Assembly (NCBI GenBank): GCA_947165135.1
Contig: CAMUZE010000004.1
Location: 11,694-75,693 of the forward strand
DNA length: 64,000 nt
DNA from: an uncultured Clostridia bacterium
GTDB lineage: Bacteria > Bacillota_I > Bacilli_A > RF39 > UBA660
Direction: 5' to 3'
Shown: in pieces, positions 38,154 through 47,865 of the stretch
Numbering within the stretch: position 1 is the first letter of the stretch
Layout: each line of letters starts with the position of its first letter
Position numbers and translations under genes: made by a program
The notes under the pieces: model-generated
Database searches by the model: none
What the model was told of the DNA's origin: nothing
The model's input: only the letters and a program-made list of their open reading frames with translations

Positions 38154-38471
38154 TTATTCTTCTCCATAAACAACTTTTTCTAAGTCACTAATTCTCTTTA
38201 ATAAATCAACATTAGTGACACTTTTATTAGAGTTGGCTATTTCAAGAGATGCCTTTAAATTTCTTATTTCAGATTTCAATTTTGCATTATCAGTTTCTAA
38301 TAATTTAATCTCATTTAATAATCTTTTTTTAGCATTATCAAATTCAACATAATCTTTAATTACTAAATCTAAAAACTGATCTACCTCCTGTGGTTCATAT
38401 CCTTTTGGTGCAAGTGGAAAATCTTTTTCAAGTATTTCTCTTGCGGTTAGAAAACTTTTATCTTCGTACAT
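38154..38471 (-). CDS. gpsB: Cell-cycle protein GpsB (DivIVA-domain)
   Basis: 105 aa. It has the N-terminal DivIVA motif FPLAPKGYEPQEVDQFLDLVIKDY and a C-terminal coiled coil. Confidence 0.8.
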   Translation of the reverse strand: MYEDKSFLTAREILEKDFPLAPKGYEPQEVDQFLDLVIKDYVEFDNAKKRLLNEIKLLETDNAKLKSEIRNLKASLEIANSNKSVTNVDLLKRISDLEKVVYGEE

Positions 38472-38494
38472 CTTCTTAGCCTCTCTTCCAGTCT

Positions 38495-38523
38495 AATTTT
38501 ACCTCTTATGCCATTTTTTGTCA
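38495..38523 (-). promoter_or_regulatory. Candidate sigma-A promoter of gpsB (and possibly rnpB)
   Basis: The minus strand reads TTGACA, a 17-nt spacer, then TAAAAT, 24 nt upstream of the gpsB ATG. Confidence 0.5.
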
Positions 38524-38548
38524 ATAAAAGAGCAAACCTAAGGTTTGC
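38522..38548 (-). terminator. Rho-independent terminator after the fmt-hypothetical unit
   Basis: On the minus strand the hairpin AGCAAACC-TTA-GGTTTGCT is followed by CTTTTATT. Confidence 0.55.
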
Positions 38549-38678
38549 TTATATAATTTAAAATACACATATTTAATTCTTCATCCAACTTTTTAAAATA
38601 CTCATTTATATTCTCTATATAACACCTCCATTTATATGTTATCACTTATAAATAAGTATTTCATTTGTTTCGACAAAA

Positions 38679-39377
38679 CTAGTTAATTTTTTCTATATAT
38701 GATATATATTCAGAAAAATCATTTTTATTTATATCAGTAATATCAATATCATATATTACTTTATCATTGGTATTTTCTATAAGATTAATAACATTACTAT
38801 AATTTATTATAATACTTTTGATTCTAGTTTCATCATACAAATATTCGATGTCTAAAATACTATCCTCAGTTATAGAAATATTAGTATTATATAATTTATT
38901 ATACTCTTCAAAAAAATTCTTTAAATCAACGCTACAATTTGCTCTAATTAAACTTTTATTCTTAACTTCACAATAATTTGTTATATTTTTAATTAATTCC
39001 ATATTATAAAGTTTTTCATTAAATACTTTGTTAATTTCAATTAATTTTGTTTTTTCTAATTTATCATTATTTAATTTATAATAATTATTATTATAAATTA
39101 AATAGCCTGTAACAGGGAAAACATCACTAGAATACATCTTTATTTTTGAATCAGACATATATTCAAGTTTATATTCTTCTTTATTTTTATGTAATTCTAT
39201 CCCCAAACTATAATTATCTGTTATTTTATTAATATTCTTAATAATTATTTCTTTTACATCTTCGTTGCTTCTATATTTAAATTCTGTTTTATTAGTTCTA
39301 AAAAGAATAATAAATACAAGCATAAAAATAAATAATGCAATATAAATATAATTCTTATTATTCTCTTTTTTTAACAT
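38679..39377 (-). CDS. Hypothetical N-terminally anchored protein
   Basis: 232 aa with one TM segment (IYIALFIFMLVFIILF) followed by an Asn/Lys/Ile-rich domain. It overlaps the fmt stop by 7 nt. Confidence 0.4.
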   Translation of the reverse strand: MLKKENNKNYIYIALFIFMLVFIILFRTNKTEFKYRSNEDVKEIIIKNINKITDNYSLGIELHKNKEEYKLEYMSDSKIKMYSSDVFPVTGYLIYNNNYYKLNNDKLEKTKLIEINKVFNEKLYNMELIKNITNYCEVKNKSLIRANCSVDLKNFFEEYNKLYNTNISITEDSILDIEYLYDETRIKSIIINYSNVINLIENTNDKVIYDIDITDINKNDFSEYISYIEKIN

Positions 39378-40303
39378 AATATTTTCCCCTCTAGTTTAAG
39401 ATTCTTTTTACCATTTAAGAAATCTTTTATATTCATTTCTTTTTTGCCGCTTGGTTTTACTCTTGTAATTATTATTTCTTTATCTTTGCACATTACTCCA
39501 AGTCCATCTTTATACACTTTAATTATTTGACCAGGAATACCATTTGATAATGTACCAATTTTAGATTCACATACTTTTAAAATGTTATCATCTAAATTTG
39601 TATATGCTACTGGAAATGGATACATTCCTCTTATTTGGTTATATACTTCTTTAGCTGTTTTATTAAAATCTATTAATTCTTCTTCTCTTTTAATGTTATA
39701 TGCAAAAGTTACTTCATTTTCATCTTGTTTAGTCCTAGTTATATTACCATCAAATATATCTGGTAATGTTTTTAGTAATAAATTTCTTCCTAAAATACTT
39801 AGTTTATCATGAATTATACCAACATTATCTGTATCATTAATTTTAATACTTTCTTGTTTGATAATATCTCCATCATCCATACCTGGAGCCATATACATAA
39901 TAGTTATACCCGTTTCAGTATAGCCATTTATTATAGCTCTATGTAGAGGGCTTCCACCTCTTAGTTTAGGAAGTAATGATGCGTGTACATTAATTGCTTT
40001 ATATTTTGGAGTTTCTAACAACTCAACAGGTATAATTTGACCATATGCACAAGTAATTATAATATCTGGATTTTTGCTTAATATATATTCAAACTCTTTT
40101 TTAATCTTTTCAGGTTGATATACTTCAATTCCATTTTTTAATGCACATTCTTTTACTGGAGATGCTTTCATTTCCTTATGTCTTCCCACTTCTTTATCAG
40201 GTTGAGTTACAACCATAATAACATTAGTATTTTCAATTAACATTTCAAGTACTGGAACACTAAATTCAGGCGTACCCATAAAAATAACTTTTTTATCTTT
40301 CAT
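39371..40303 (-). CDS. fmt: Methionyl-tRNA formyltransferase
   Basis: It has VIFMGTPEFSVPVL, NVHASLLPKLRGGSPLHRAIING and a C-terminal beta-barrel domain. The start is either ATG 40303 or GTG 40312. Confidence 0.92.
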   Translation of the reverse strand: MKDKKVIFMGTPEFSVPVLEMLIENTNVIMVVTQPDKEVGRHKEMKASPVKECALKNGIEVYQPEKIKKEFEYILSKNPDIIITCAYGQIIPVELLETPKYKAINVHASLLPKLRGGSPLHRAIINGYTETGITIMYMAPGMDDGDIIKQESIKINDTDNVGIIHDKLSILGRNLLLKTLPDIFDGNITRTKQDENEVTFAYNIKREEELIDFNKTAKEVYNQIRGMYPFPVAYTNLDDNILKVCESKIGTLSNGIPGQIIKVYKDGLGVMCKDKEIIITRVKPSGKKEMNIKDFLNGKKNLKLEGKILC

Positions 40304-40324
40304 ATTTATCACGTCCTAATTATA

Positions 40325-42475
40325 TTAAATATTTAAATTTATATCAACATTTACCCCTTTAATATTTATATCATTTAACTCTTTTAAAGATTCTAATAAT
40401 TTATCTAATTCTTTATATTTAATCATTATATTAAATCTATATTTATTATTAAGCTTTACTATTGATGAAACAGAAGGGCCAAGTACAATATATGATTCAT
40501 CCAAAAGAGTATCTAAATATTTTTTAACTTTGTTAGCTCCAATTGATGCATTCTCAAAAGTACTACTTGTTATTAATATAGAACAAATATAATAATATGG
40601 AGGATACATTAACTTGTGTCTTATATTCATTTCATAATTAAAGAATGAATCAAAATCATTTTTAATAACACTTTTATATACATAATTAGTTGGATTATAT
40701 GTTTGTATTATGACTTTACCAGGTAAATTAAATCTTCCAACTCTTCCAGATGTTTGACTCAATAGCTCGTATGTTTTTTCAGCACTTCTAAAATCAGGTA
40801 TAGATAAAGATGCATCAGAATTAATTATTCCAACTAAACTTACATTTTCAAAATTAAGTCCTTTAGATATCATTTGAGTACCAACAAGAATACTATAATT
40901 GCCACTAGAAAACTCACTTATTAGTTTTTGATGAGCATTTTTAGTACTAGTAGTATCTGCATCCATTCTTAACACTTTAACGTTATATTTCTTTTCCAAA
41001 ATAGATTCTAATTTTTCTGTTCCAAGTCCTAAATCTTTGATGGCTTCTTCATGACATTTTGGACATATTAAACTACTCTTACATTTATATCCACAATAAT
41101 GGCACGAATAAGAATCACTACTTTTATGATAAATTAGTGATATATCACAATTAGGACATTTATATACATATCCACAATTAGTACAACTTAAAAATGTTGA
41201 ATATCCTCTTCTATTTAACAAAAGAATTACTTGTTCACCTCTAGATAAGGATTTATTTATTTCTAAATCTAATTTATCACTAATAATATAATTATGTTTT
41301 TTAGATTCATTATTCATATCAACTATTTCAAATGATGGAAATCTTCCACTAATTCTTGAATCTAATTTTATTAAATGATATACTCCTTTTTTAGCTCTTG
41401 CGTATTGTTCTAATAAAGGAGTTGCACTTCCAAGAACAACTTTAGCATTATTATATTCACTTCTTTTAAATGCAATATCTATTGCATTATATTTGGGTGT
41501 TGATTCTTGTTTATATGTACTACTTTGACATTCATCAATTATAATTAATCCAATATTTTTAAGTGGTGCGAATATTGCACTTCTAGCACCAACTACTAAA
41601 GATACTTCACCATTCATTATTCTTCTATATTCATCATACTTTTCACCTTCACTAAGTGAACTATGAAATACTGCTATACTATCACCAAACACTCCTTTAA
41701 ATCTTGCTACTATTTGAGGTGTTAATGATATTTCTGGTACAAGAACAATGCCTGTTTTGTTTTCTTTTAATACATTTCTTAATAGTTCAATATAAACCTC
41801 TGTCTTACCACTACCAGTTACTCCATATAATAAATATTTATCATCTTTACTATTTAATATTTCTTTTACTGCAGACATTTGATTATCAGTTAATATTATT
41901 TCTTTTTTATCTTCAAGTGATTCTACCACTCTATTAATTTCATATGTTTCAGATATTACAATTCCTTTTTCTATTAGTTTATTAATTGAAGAAGTAAATT
42001 CTTTTTTTAAATGAGAACCTTCTTTTAATATATTTAATATTTCTATTTCTTTTGTATTTCTTTTATGAGTTAAAATATATTCATTAACATCTACATCTTT
42101 GTTTAAATATACTTTAGTTTCATATTTCCTATTAATATTAGTCTTTAATGATGCTTTTAAAGCTTTAGGAAGCATGACTTGATAGCAAGATATCAAATTG
42201 CATAATAAAAAGTCACTCATATATTTACCTAATTTGAGTAATTCTTCATTTAAATAAAAATCACTTTCTTGTATTTTTATTATTTCTCTATATTCTAATG
42301 ATTTATCTAAATTATCATGTATCTTTAATACAAATCCTTCAACTGTAGAACATCCAAAAGGCACTATTACTTTGTGTCCAATTTTAATAATATTAGATAA
42401 ATCTTTTGGAATAATATAATCAAAAACTTTATTAAGTGATTTTACAGAATATTCAATAATTACACTTGCTAACAT
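40325..42475 (-). CDS. priA: Primosomal protein N' (replication restart helicase PriA)
   Basis: It has Walker A GVTGSGKTEVY, DECQSS, the Cys-rich zinc region CTNCGYVYKCPNCDISLIYH...CHYCGY...CPKC, and a LVGTQMISKGLNF helicase C motif. Confidence 0.92.
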   Translation of the reverse strand: MLASVIIEYSVKSLNKVFDYIIPKDLSNIIKIGHKVIVPFGCSTVEGFVLKIHDNLDKSLEYREIIKIQESDFYLNEELLKLGKYMSDFLLCNLISCYQVMLPKALKASLKTNINRKYETKVYLNKDVDVNEYILTHKRNTKEIEILNILKEGSHLKKEFTSSINKLIEKGIVISETYEINRVVESLEDKKEIILTDNQMSAVKEILNSKDDKYLLYGVTGSGKTEVYIELLRNVLKENKTGIVLVPEISLTPQIVARFKGVFGDSIAVFHSSLSEGEKYDEYRRIMNGEVSLVVGARSAIFAPLKNIGLIIIDECQSSTYKQESTPKYNAIDIAFKRSEYNNAKVVLGSATPLLEQYARAKKGVYHLIKLDSRISGRFPSFEIVDMNNESKKHNYIISDKLDLEINKSLSRGEQVILLLNRRGYSTFLSCTNCGYVYKCPNCDISLIYHKSSDSYSCHYCGYKCKSSLICPKCHEEAIKDLGLGTEKLESILEKKYNVKVLRMDADTTSTKNAHQKLISEFSSGNYSILVGTQMISKGLNFENVSLVGIINSDASLSIPDFRSAEKTYELLSQTSGRVGRFNLPGKVIIQTYNPTNYVYKSVIKNDFDSFFNYEMNIRHKLMYPPYYYICSILITSSTFENASIGANKVKKYLDTLLDESYIVLGPSVSSIVKLNNKYRFNIMIKYKELDKLLESLKELNDINIKGVNVDINLNI

Positions 42476-43005
42476 TAAATACCTCTTAAGAAATAATTAT
42501 TTCTTTTTTCAAATCCAACACTACTACTAAGACCATGTCCTGGATATATTTTAATATCATCTTTTAATTTTACAAATTCTTTTAAACTATTAAACATTAT
42601 AATTTCATTTTCTTCAATATAATTACCTATTGATTCATAAAACACAAAATCTCCGGTAAACATAATATTTTCTCTTTCAAACAGAAAAGAACAACTATCC
42701 ATAGTATGTCCAAAATTATTTATTTTTTTAAATTTAAAACATTCTATCTCATTATGAGTAGAACTTTTATAATCATATATTATAGCAGATTTATATTTTT
42801 CTTTTATTTCATCTAACGCTCCAATATGATCAAAATGATAATGAGTAATTAAAATTCCTAATACTTTTAATTTGAGAGTATCTATTTTCTTTATTATTCT
42901 TTTCCCTTCATCACCAGGATCAATAATTAAAGCACATTTGTTATTATGTATAATATAACAATTTTCTTCTAAGTCACCATTAACTATACATTCTATTTTT
43001 AACAT
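42475..43005 (-). CDS. MBL-fold metallo-hydrolase
   Basis: 176 aa with the HxHxDH motif ITHYHFDHIG and a later PGHG. Confidence 0.75.
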   Translation of the reverse strand: MLKIECIVNGDLEENCYIIHNNKCALIIDPGDEGKRIIKKIDTLKLKVLGILITHYHFDHIGALDEIKEKYKSAIIYDYKSSTHNEIECFKFKKINNFGHTMDSCSFLFERENIMFTGDFVFYESIGNYIEENEIIMFNSLKEFVKLKDDIKIYPGHGLSSSVGFEKRNNYFLRGI

Positions 43006-43526
43006 ATTTCATTACCATCTTCATCAAACATATCAAGTAACGAATCTAATCTATTAATAACTTTAAATCCTTTAGATTCAAGTTCATTATTAAACCTAAC
43101 AGGTATACCACCTGCTTCTTTCCATTCCCTTAAATTACTAGAAAAATCATCAACAAGTATAGCGCCTTCACTATGTACCATTTTTGTTTTAGATATCTTT
43201 CCAGGAACAATAATAATAGTTATATCATCTTTAAAATGACGACGTAAGTATTTAACTTTTACAATTGCTTCATCCAATGAATGAACATGAGAAAGAAAAC
43301 TTATTTCAAATTTTTTACTTTTAAGTAGTTTATTAATACAATTAACAGAATCATTTAATATATATTTATCATTAACAACTTCTCTATAATCAAAATTAGC
43401 AAATTTCTGTATCTTTTCTTCTGCGCTTCCGTTATCAATTCCACCCTTATCTATTCCAAGTTTTTCATATAGTGGTGGGATATCATCTAGTACAACTCCA
43501 TCAAAATCAATATACAATCTTCTCAT
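42999..43526 (-). CDS. HAD-superfamily hydrolase, 5'(3')-deoxyribonucleotidase-like
   Basis: HAD motif I is YIDFDGVVLD, with a later VDD acidic motif. Its size is typical of the NT5C/YorS-like family. The start at 43526 is preceded by AGAGGTAAG. Confidence 0.45.
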   Translation of the reverse strand: MRRLYIDFDGVVLDDIPPLYEKLGIDKGGIDNGSAEEKIQKFANFDYREVVNDKYILNDSVNCINKLLKSKKFEISFLSHVHSLDEAIVKVKYLRRHFKDDITIIIVPGKISKTKMVHSEGAILVDDFSSNLREWKEAGGIPVRFNNELESKGFKVINRLDSLLDMFDEDGNEIC

Positions 43527-43615
43527 AATACTTACCTCTAATAACAATATAATAAATTGTTAATAAAATGTCAATTTTTAGTGTAAACAAAAAAAGAATT
43601 GATATCAATTCTTTT

Positions 43616-46600
43616 TTATTGTTCTACAAAATATAATACATCTGCTCCAGTCCTATAGTCATGTGCATATCCTGGTCCCACAAAAGAATCAGCTGTATTT
43701 TTCTTTGAAAATGTTGCTATAGAGCCTCCCCCATCAAATAGTACACCATATTGACAACCATACTCAAGCATTTTGTCTTGCATAAATGAAGAAGAAGTTG
43801 GATTATTTGCTCTCATACGGCTTTGTTCTCTGGCATCTCTATTAGGTGGAACCATTGTAGTAATGACAACATAATTATTTTTATCTATTTGGCAAAAGCC
43901 ATGTATTTGTCCGGTTTCACTATTAGAATCTGTTTTAACACCACTATCAATTAATATTGGTCTCCATGTAAATGTATCTTTAATACCATCATTTTCAATA
44001 TATTCAGCTATTCTATTGTTAATAGCAACTCTAACTTTTTTACTATCATCTCTACTCATTTTATAATGCTTAAATTCTCCATCTTTAGAAATGCCATATA
44101 CAATTTTAGTACTTAATGCTTTAGAATAACTATCATCTATAGCATTACGTAACACTTCTCCATTATTTTTCCAATATTCAAGTGCAGGACTATTTCTCCA
44201 AGACATTGGTGCCTTAGTATAAAATTTATCACTAACCATTGGGCTTGCATTTACGCCAAATAATCCTTTAGTACTATACTTCTTAGTTTTTATTTCATTT
44301 TCAATTATTTCATCTGGCCTCCAAGTTTTACGTCTACCATCTCGATAATTTGAATCGACAGGTGATATTGCAACCTTCAATTGCTTTGCAAAGTCTTTTA
44401 TCCATATTTGCGTAATAATAATTCCTTTATTTGCAATAGAATTATAATTGCTCATATTAGCTTGATATGGCCTTTCAATATAATACTTCAATGTGGGGCT
44501 TTCATATTTACAGTAAATATCATATTTACCATTATAATTCCAATTTCTCGTACCAATTACTTGAGCACAATCATCAACTAATGTTTTTGAAGTTAGCTTT
44601 AATTTCTGCGTTCCTGTAGATGTTTTCTTTTCTATCCACCTTGCGTAAAGAGTTATTATATTATTCTTAATACTATATTTACCATTTTCAGCATAATTGT
44701 CTATATTTTTAAATGTCCAGTTAACAGAGTTTATTGCTGTTTTATATGGAGACCATTTTTCAAAATTATATCCCTCTTTAGTACATGTATTTACTTTTGG
44801 AACAAAAATATTTCCTTTTTTGAATGTATCGCTCTCAATTGTTCCAGTTCCACCATTACAATTATACTTAACAATAAATGTATCTGCTGCTAACCAACCA
44901 GCATATAAAGTTATATCTCCTTTAACATCATATTTTCTAGCACTCTTTCCGTCTGATGTGTAGTATTGAATACCAGTTTTAAAGTTTTTGTTATCGTACC
45001 ATCCTAAAAATATATGATCGCTTTTGGTTGGCGCTATTGTACTTATTGTTGGCATTGCACTTCCATATGTTGCTTTAACAGAAACACTTTGTCCACCAGA
45101 TCCACCATTTTTATTGAATGTTACAGTATAAGTTGTAACTTTATTCTGTTCCCAACCTGCATATAACGTTATATCAGCAACTTTATCATATGGTCTAGCA
45201 CTAGTCCCATCAATATTATAATACTTATGACCTTTTGTATAATCATTTTTATCATACCATCCTTTAAAAGTATACCCGCTTCTTGAAGGAGTCGTTGAAT
45301 TTAGTTTTGGCATTGCTGAATCGTATGTTACTGTCACATTACTTGGTTTAGTTCCAGTTCCATTATTTAAATCAAAACTTGCTGTGAATGTTTTTGCCTT
45401 CCATCCAGCATATAATGTAATATTACTTGTTTTATTAAAGTTTCTGGCACTAGCACCAGTTTTAGTATAATACTGAGTTCCTTTTGTATAATTCGAATTA
45501 TCATACCAACCCATGAATGTATACCCAGTTTTTGTTGGTGCTGTTGTACTTATTGCTGGCATTGCTTTGTCTGGAGTGGCAGTAACATTTGTGCTTTGCC
45601 CACCTGTTCCACCATTTGCATTAAATGAAACCATATATGATCTTGCTTCCCACTGAGCATAATATGTTACTGTTCCACTTGAAACTACATTTTTTATGCT
45701 TGAAGATGCAGCAATTGTTGTTCCAGTATTATCTTTTTTCCATCCTATGAATGTGTAACCTGATTTTCGAAAAGCATTTGCTTTTAATGTACAAATTCCA
45801 TCATATGTACATGTTTGACTTGATGTTGTACCTGTACCTCCATTTGCATTATATGCTACATTAAATATATTTGCTTTCCACCCTGCATATAATGTTACTG
45901 CACTTTTCTTATCAAAATTCTTAGCACTAACACATGATTTTGTATAATACTGAGTTCCTTTTGTATAATCACTATTATCATACCATCCCATAAATGAATA
46001 TCCGATGCGAGTTGGTGCTGTTGTACTTATTGTTGGCATTGCACTTCCATATGTTGCTTTAACAGATACACTTTGTCCGCCTGTTCCACCATTTGCATTA
46101 AATGCAACTGTATATTTAACCACGGCCCACTGAGCATAATATGTTACTGTTCCACTTGAAACTACATTTTTTATGCTTGAAGATGCAGCAATTGTTGTTC
46201 CAGTATTATCTTTTTTCCATCCTATGAATGTGTAACCTGATTTTCGAAAAGCATTTGCTTTTAATGTACAAATTCCATCATATGTACATGTTTGACTTGA
46301 TGTTGTACCTGTACCTCCATTTGCATTATATGCTACATTAAATATATTTGCTTTCCACCCTGCATATAATGTTACTGCACTTTTCTTATCAAAATTCTTA
46401 GCACTAACACATGATTTTGTATAATACTGAGTTCCTTTTGTATAATCACTATTATCATACCATCCCATAAATGAATATCCGATGCGAGTTGGTGCTGTTG
46501 TACTTATTGTTGGCATTGCACTTCCATATGTTGCTTTAACAGATACACTTTGTCCGCCTGTTCCACCATTTGCATTAAATGCAACTGTATATGTTGTTAT

Positions 46601-47803
46601 TTTTGCTTCTTTCTTTTCCCATCCTGCATATAATTTTATATTTTCTTTTTTATTATAAGTTCTTGCACTACTTCCATCTGCTTTATAATATCCTGTGCCT
46701 TTTGTCCAATCAGGATTATCATACCATCCCATAAATGTATAATCATTTCTAGTTGGTGCTCTTTTGGCAATGCTTGGCATAGATTCACCATATTTTACTA
46801 TTACTGGAGTACTTTGACCACCAGAGCCATGATTTGCATCAAAAGATACTGTATATTTTGCTTCTTCTGCCATAGGTTCTGGTTCGGGTATTGGCTCGGG
46901 TATTACAACCTGTTCTTCTTCCCAGCCTGCATACAATATTAAATCATTCTTTTTATAATATTTTCGTACACTTATTCCATTTTTATTATAATATTGTGTT
47001 CCTTTTGTCCAGTTAGCATTGTCATACCATCCCATAAAATCATACCCATTTTTTACAGGCTTTTTTGTCTCAATTTCTGGTAAACTTTCTCCATACAAAT
47101 TTGTTATTGAGCCACTTTGTCCACCAGTTCCACCATTAGAATTAAAAGTGATTTTGTATTCATTTGTTTCTTCTTCAACCGGTTCTTCAATTATTTCTGA
47201 CACTGGAGTATCTATTTCTTTCACTACATCTTTACTCCATCCAGCATATAATGTTGTATTACTTGCTTTATCAAAATTTCTTATACTTTCTCCATTTTCA
47301 TTATAGTATTGTTTCCCTTTATTATAATCTTTATTATCATAAAAGCCTAAAAAAGTATAACCACTTCTTGTTGGTAGTTTTTTTAAAGCATAAAGTTGTC
47401 CTTCATATTCTACTTCTATTTTACTAATATTACCTATTCCACCATTCATATTGAATGTAATAATGTGTTTCTTTTCTGTTTTTTTTGCTTTCTCAGCTAT
47501 TGTATCGGTTAAATATCTAGGATGTAATGTTACTTCTTCTGTAAAGTCTCCTTCTATATCTACTTTATTATCATCAGAATCATACCATCCCATAAATTCT
47601 GCTTTAGGATTAGAAGGTTCAATTACCATACAATTAATCTTACTTTCTTTTATTTTACATTTGTAATTTTCATATATTCCATCATCATAGCTAAAAGTGA
47701 CATATTTTACTTCTTCTTTTTTTAGATAACCTTTTTTTATAGCAAAACCTGTAAATCCTATAGCAAGCAATAATACTATCATAAAAATAAGAAATTTTTT
47801 CAT
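43616..47803 (-). CDS. Giant surface protein: 12 Listeria-Bacteroides-type (Flg_new) repeats plus a C-terminal phosphodiester-glycosidase-like domain
   Basis: 1395 aa with an N-terminal TM/signal segment. The repeats follow the pattern F-N-x-NGG(T/S)G...GY-x-F-x-GWYD...LYAGW. It has P/E linkers and a non-repeat C-terminus of about 330 aa containing GVLFDGGGSIATF. Confidence 0.75.
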   Translation of the reverse strand: MKKFLIFMIVLLLAIGFTGFAIKKGYLKKEEVKYVTFSYDDGIYENYKCKIKESKINCMVIEPSNPKAEFMGWYDSDDNKVDIEGDFTEEVTLHPRYLTDTIAEKAKKTEKKHIITFNMNGGIGNISKIEVEYEGQLYALKKLPTRSGYTFLGFYDNKDYNKGKQYYNENGESIRNFDKASNTTLYAGWSKDVVKEIDTPVSEIIEEPVEEETNEYKITFNSNGGTGGQSGSITNLYGESLPEIETKKPVKNGYDFMGWYDNANWTKGTQYYNKNGISVRKYYKKNDLILYAGWEEEQVVIPEPIPEPEPMAEEAKYTVSFDANHGSGGQSTPVIVKYGESMPSIAKRAPTRNDYTFMGWYDNPDWTKGTGYYKADGSSARTYNKKENIKLYAGWEKKEAKITTYTVAFNANGGTGGQSVSVKATYGSAMPTISTTAPTRIGYSFMGWYDNSDYTKGTQYYTKSCVSAKNFDKKSAVTLYAGWKANIFNVAYNANGGTGTTSSQTCTYDGICTLKANAFRKSGYTFIGWKKDNTGTTIAASSSIKNVVSSGTVTYYAQWAVVKYTVAFNANGGTGGQSVSVKATYGSAMPTISTTAPTRIGYSFMGWYDNSDYTKGTQYYTKSCVSAKNFDKKSAVTLYAGWKANIFNVAYNANGGTGTTSSQTCTYDGICTLKANAFRKSGYTFIGWKKDNTGTTIAASSSIKNVVSSGTVTYYAQWEARSYMVSFNANGGTGGQSTNVTATPDKAMPAISTTAPTKTGYTFMGWYDNSNYTKGTQYYTKTGASARNFNKTSNITLYAGWKAKTFTASFDLNNGTGTKPSNVTVTYDSAMPKLNSTTPSRSGYTFKGWYDKNDYTKGHKYYNIDGTSARPYDKVADITLYAGWEQNKVTTYTVTFNKNGGSGGQSVSVKATYGSAMPTISTIAPTKSDHIFLGWYDNKNFKTGIQYYTSDGKSARKYDVKGDITLYAGWLAADTFIVKYNCNGGTGTIESDTFKKGNIFVPKVNTCTKEGYNFEKWSPYKTAINSVNWTFKNIDNYAENGKYSIKNNIITLYARWIEKKTSTGTQKLKLTSKTLVDDCAQVIGTRNWNYNGKYDIYCKYESPTLKYYIERPYQANMSNYNSIANKGIIITQIWIKDFAKQLKVAISPVDSNYRDGRRKTWRPDEIIENEIKTKKYSTKGLFGVNASPMVSDKFYTKAPMSWRNSPALEYWKNNGEVLRNAIDDSYSKALSTKIVYGISKDGEFKHYKMSRDDSKKVRVAINNRIAEYIENDGIKDTFTWRPILIDSGVKTDSNSETGQIHGFCQIDKNNYVVITTMVPPNRDAREQSRMRANNPTSSSFMQDKMLEYGCQYGVLFDGGGSIATFSKKNTADSFVGPGYAHDYRTGADVLYFVEQ
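45651..46592. repeat. Perfect in-frame tandem duplication (period 477 bp, two copies) inside the giant surface gene
   Basis: By eye, 45651..46115 is identical to 46128..46592 (465 nt). Each copy encodes two repeat modules (159 aa). A third segment of about 75 nt at about 45036..45110 is near-identical. Confidence 0.9.
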
Positions 47804-47865
47804 AATACAATCACCCTATTCTCATATACAATTATACAATATTTATAACCAAATAAAAAGAAGAA

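Noticed and set aside
38551-38678. An unassigned stretch of about 130 nt between the stop of the hypothetical gene and its terminator. It contains GGAGG and three 9-10 codon mini-ORFs (MKYLFISDNI, MEVLYREYK, MSILKSWMKN).
   Set aside because: The RBS-to-start spacings are poor and the ORFs are tiny. I saw no conserved structure or repeat. It is most simply a 3' UTR, and I cannot support a leader peptide or sRNA from the sequence alone.
45036-46592. The possibility that the repeated segments in the giant gene are a diversity-generating retroelement (TR/VR pair).
   Set aside because: The copies are identical rather than differing at adenines. They are in-frame modules of one gene, and there is no reverse transcriptase or accessory gene nearby.
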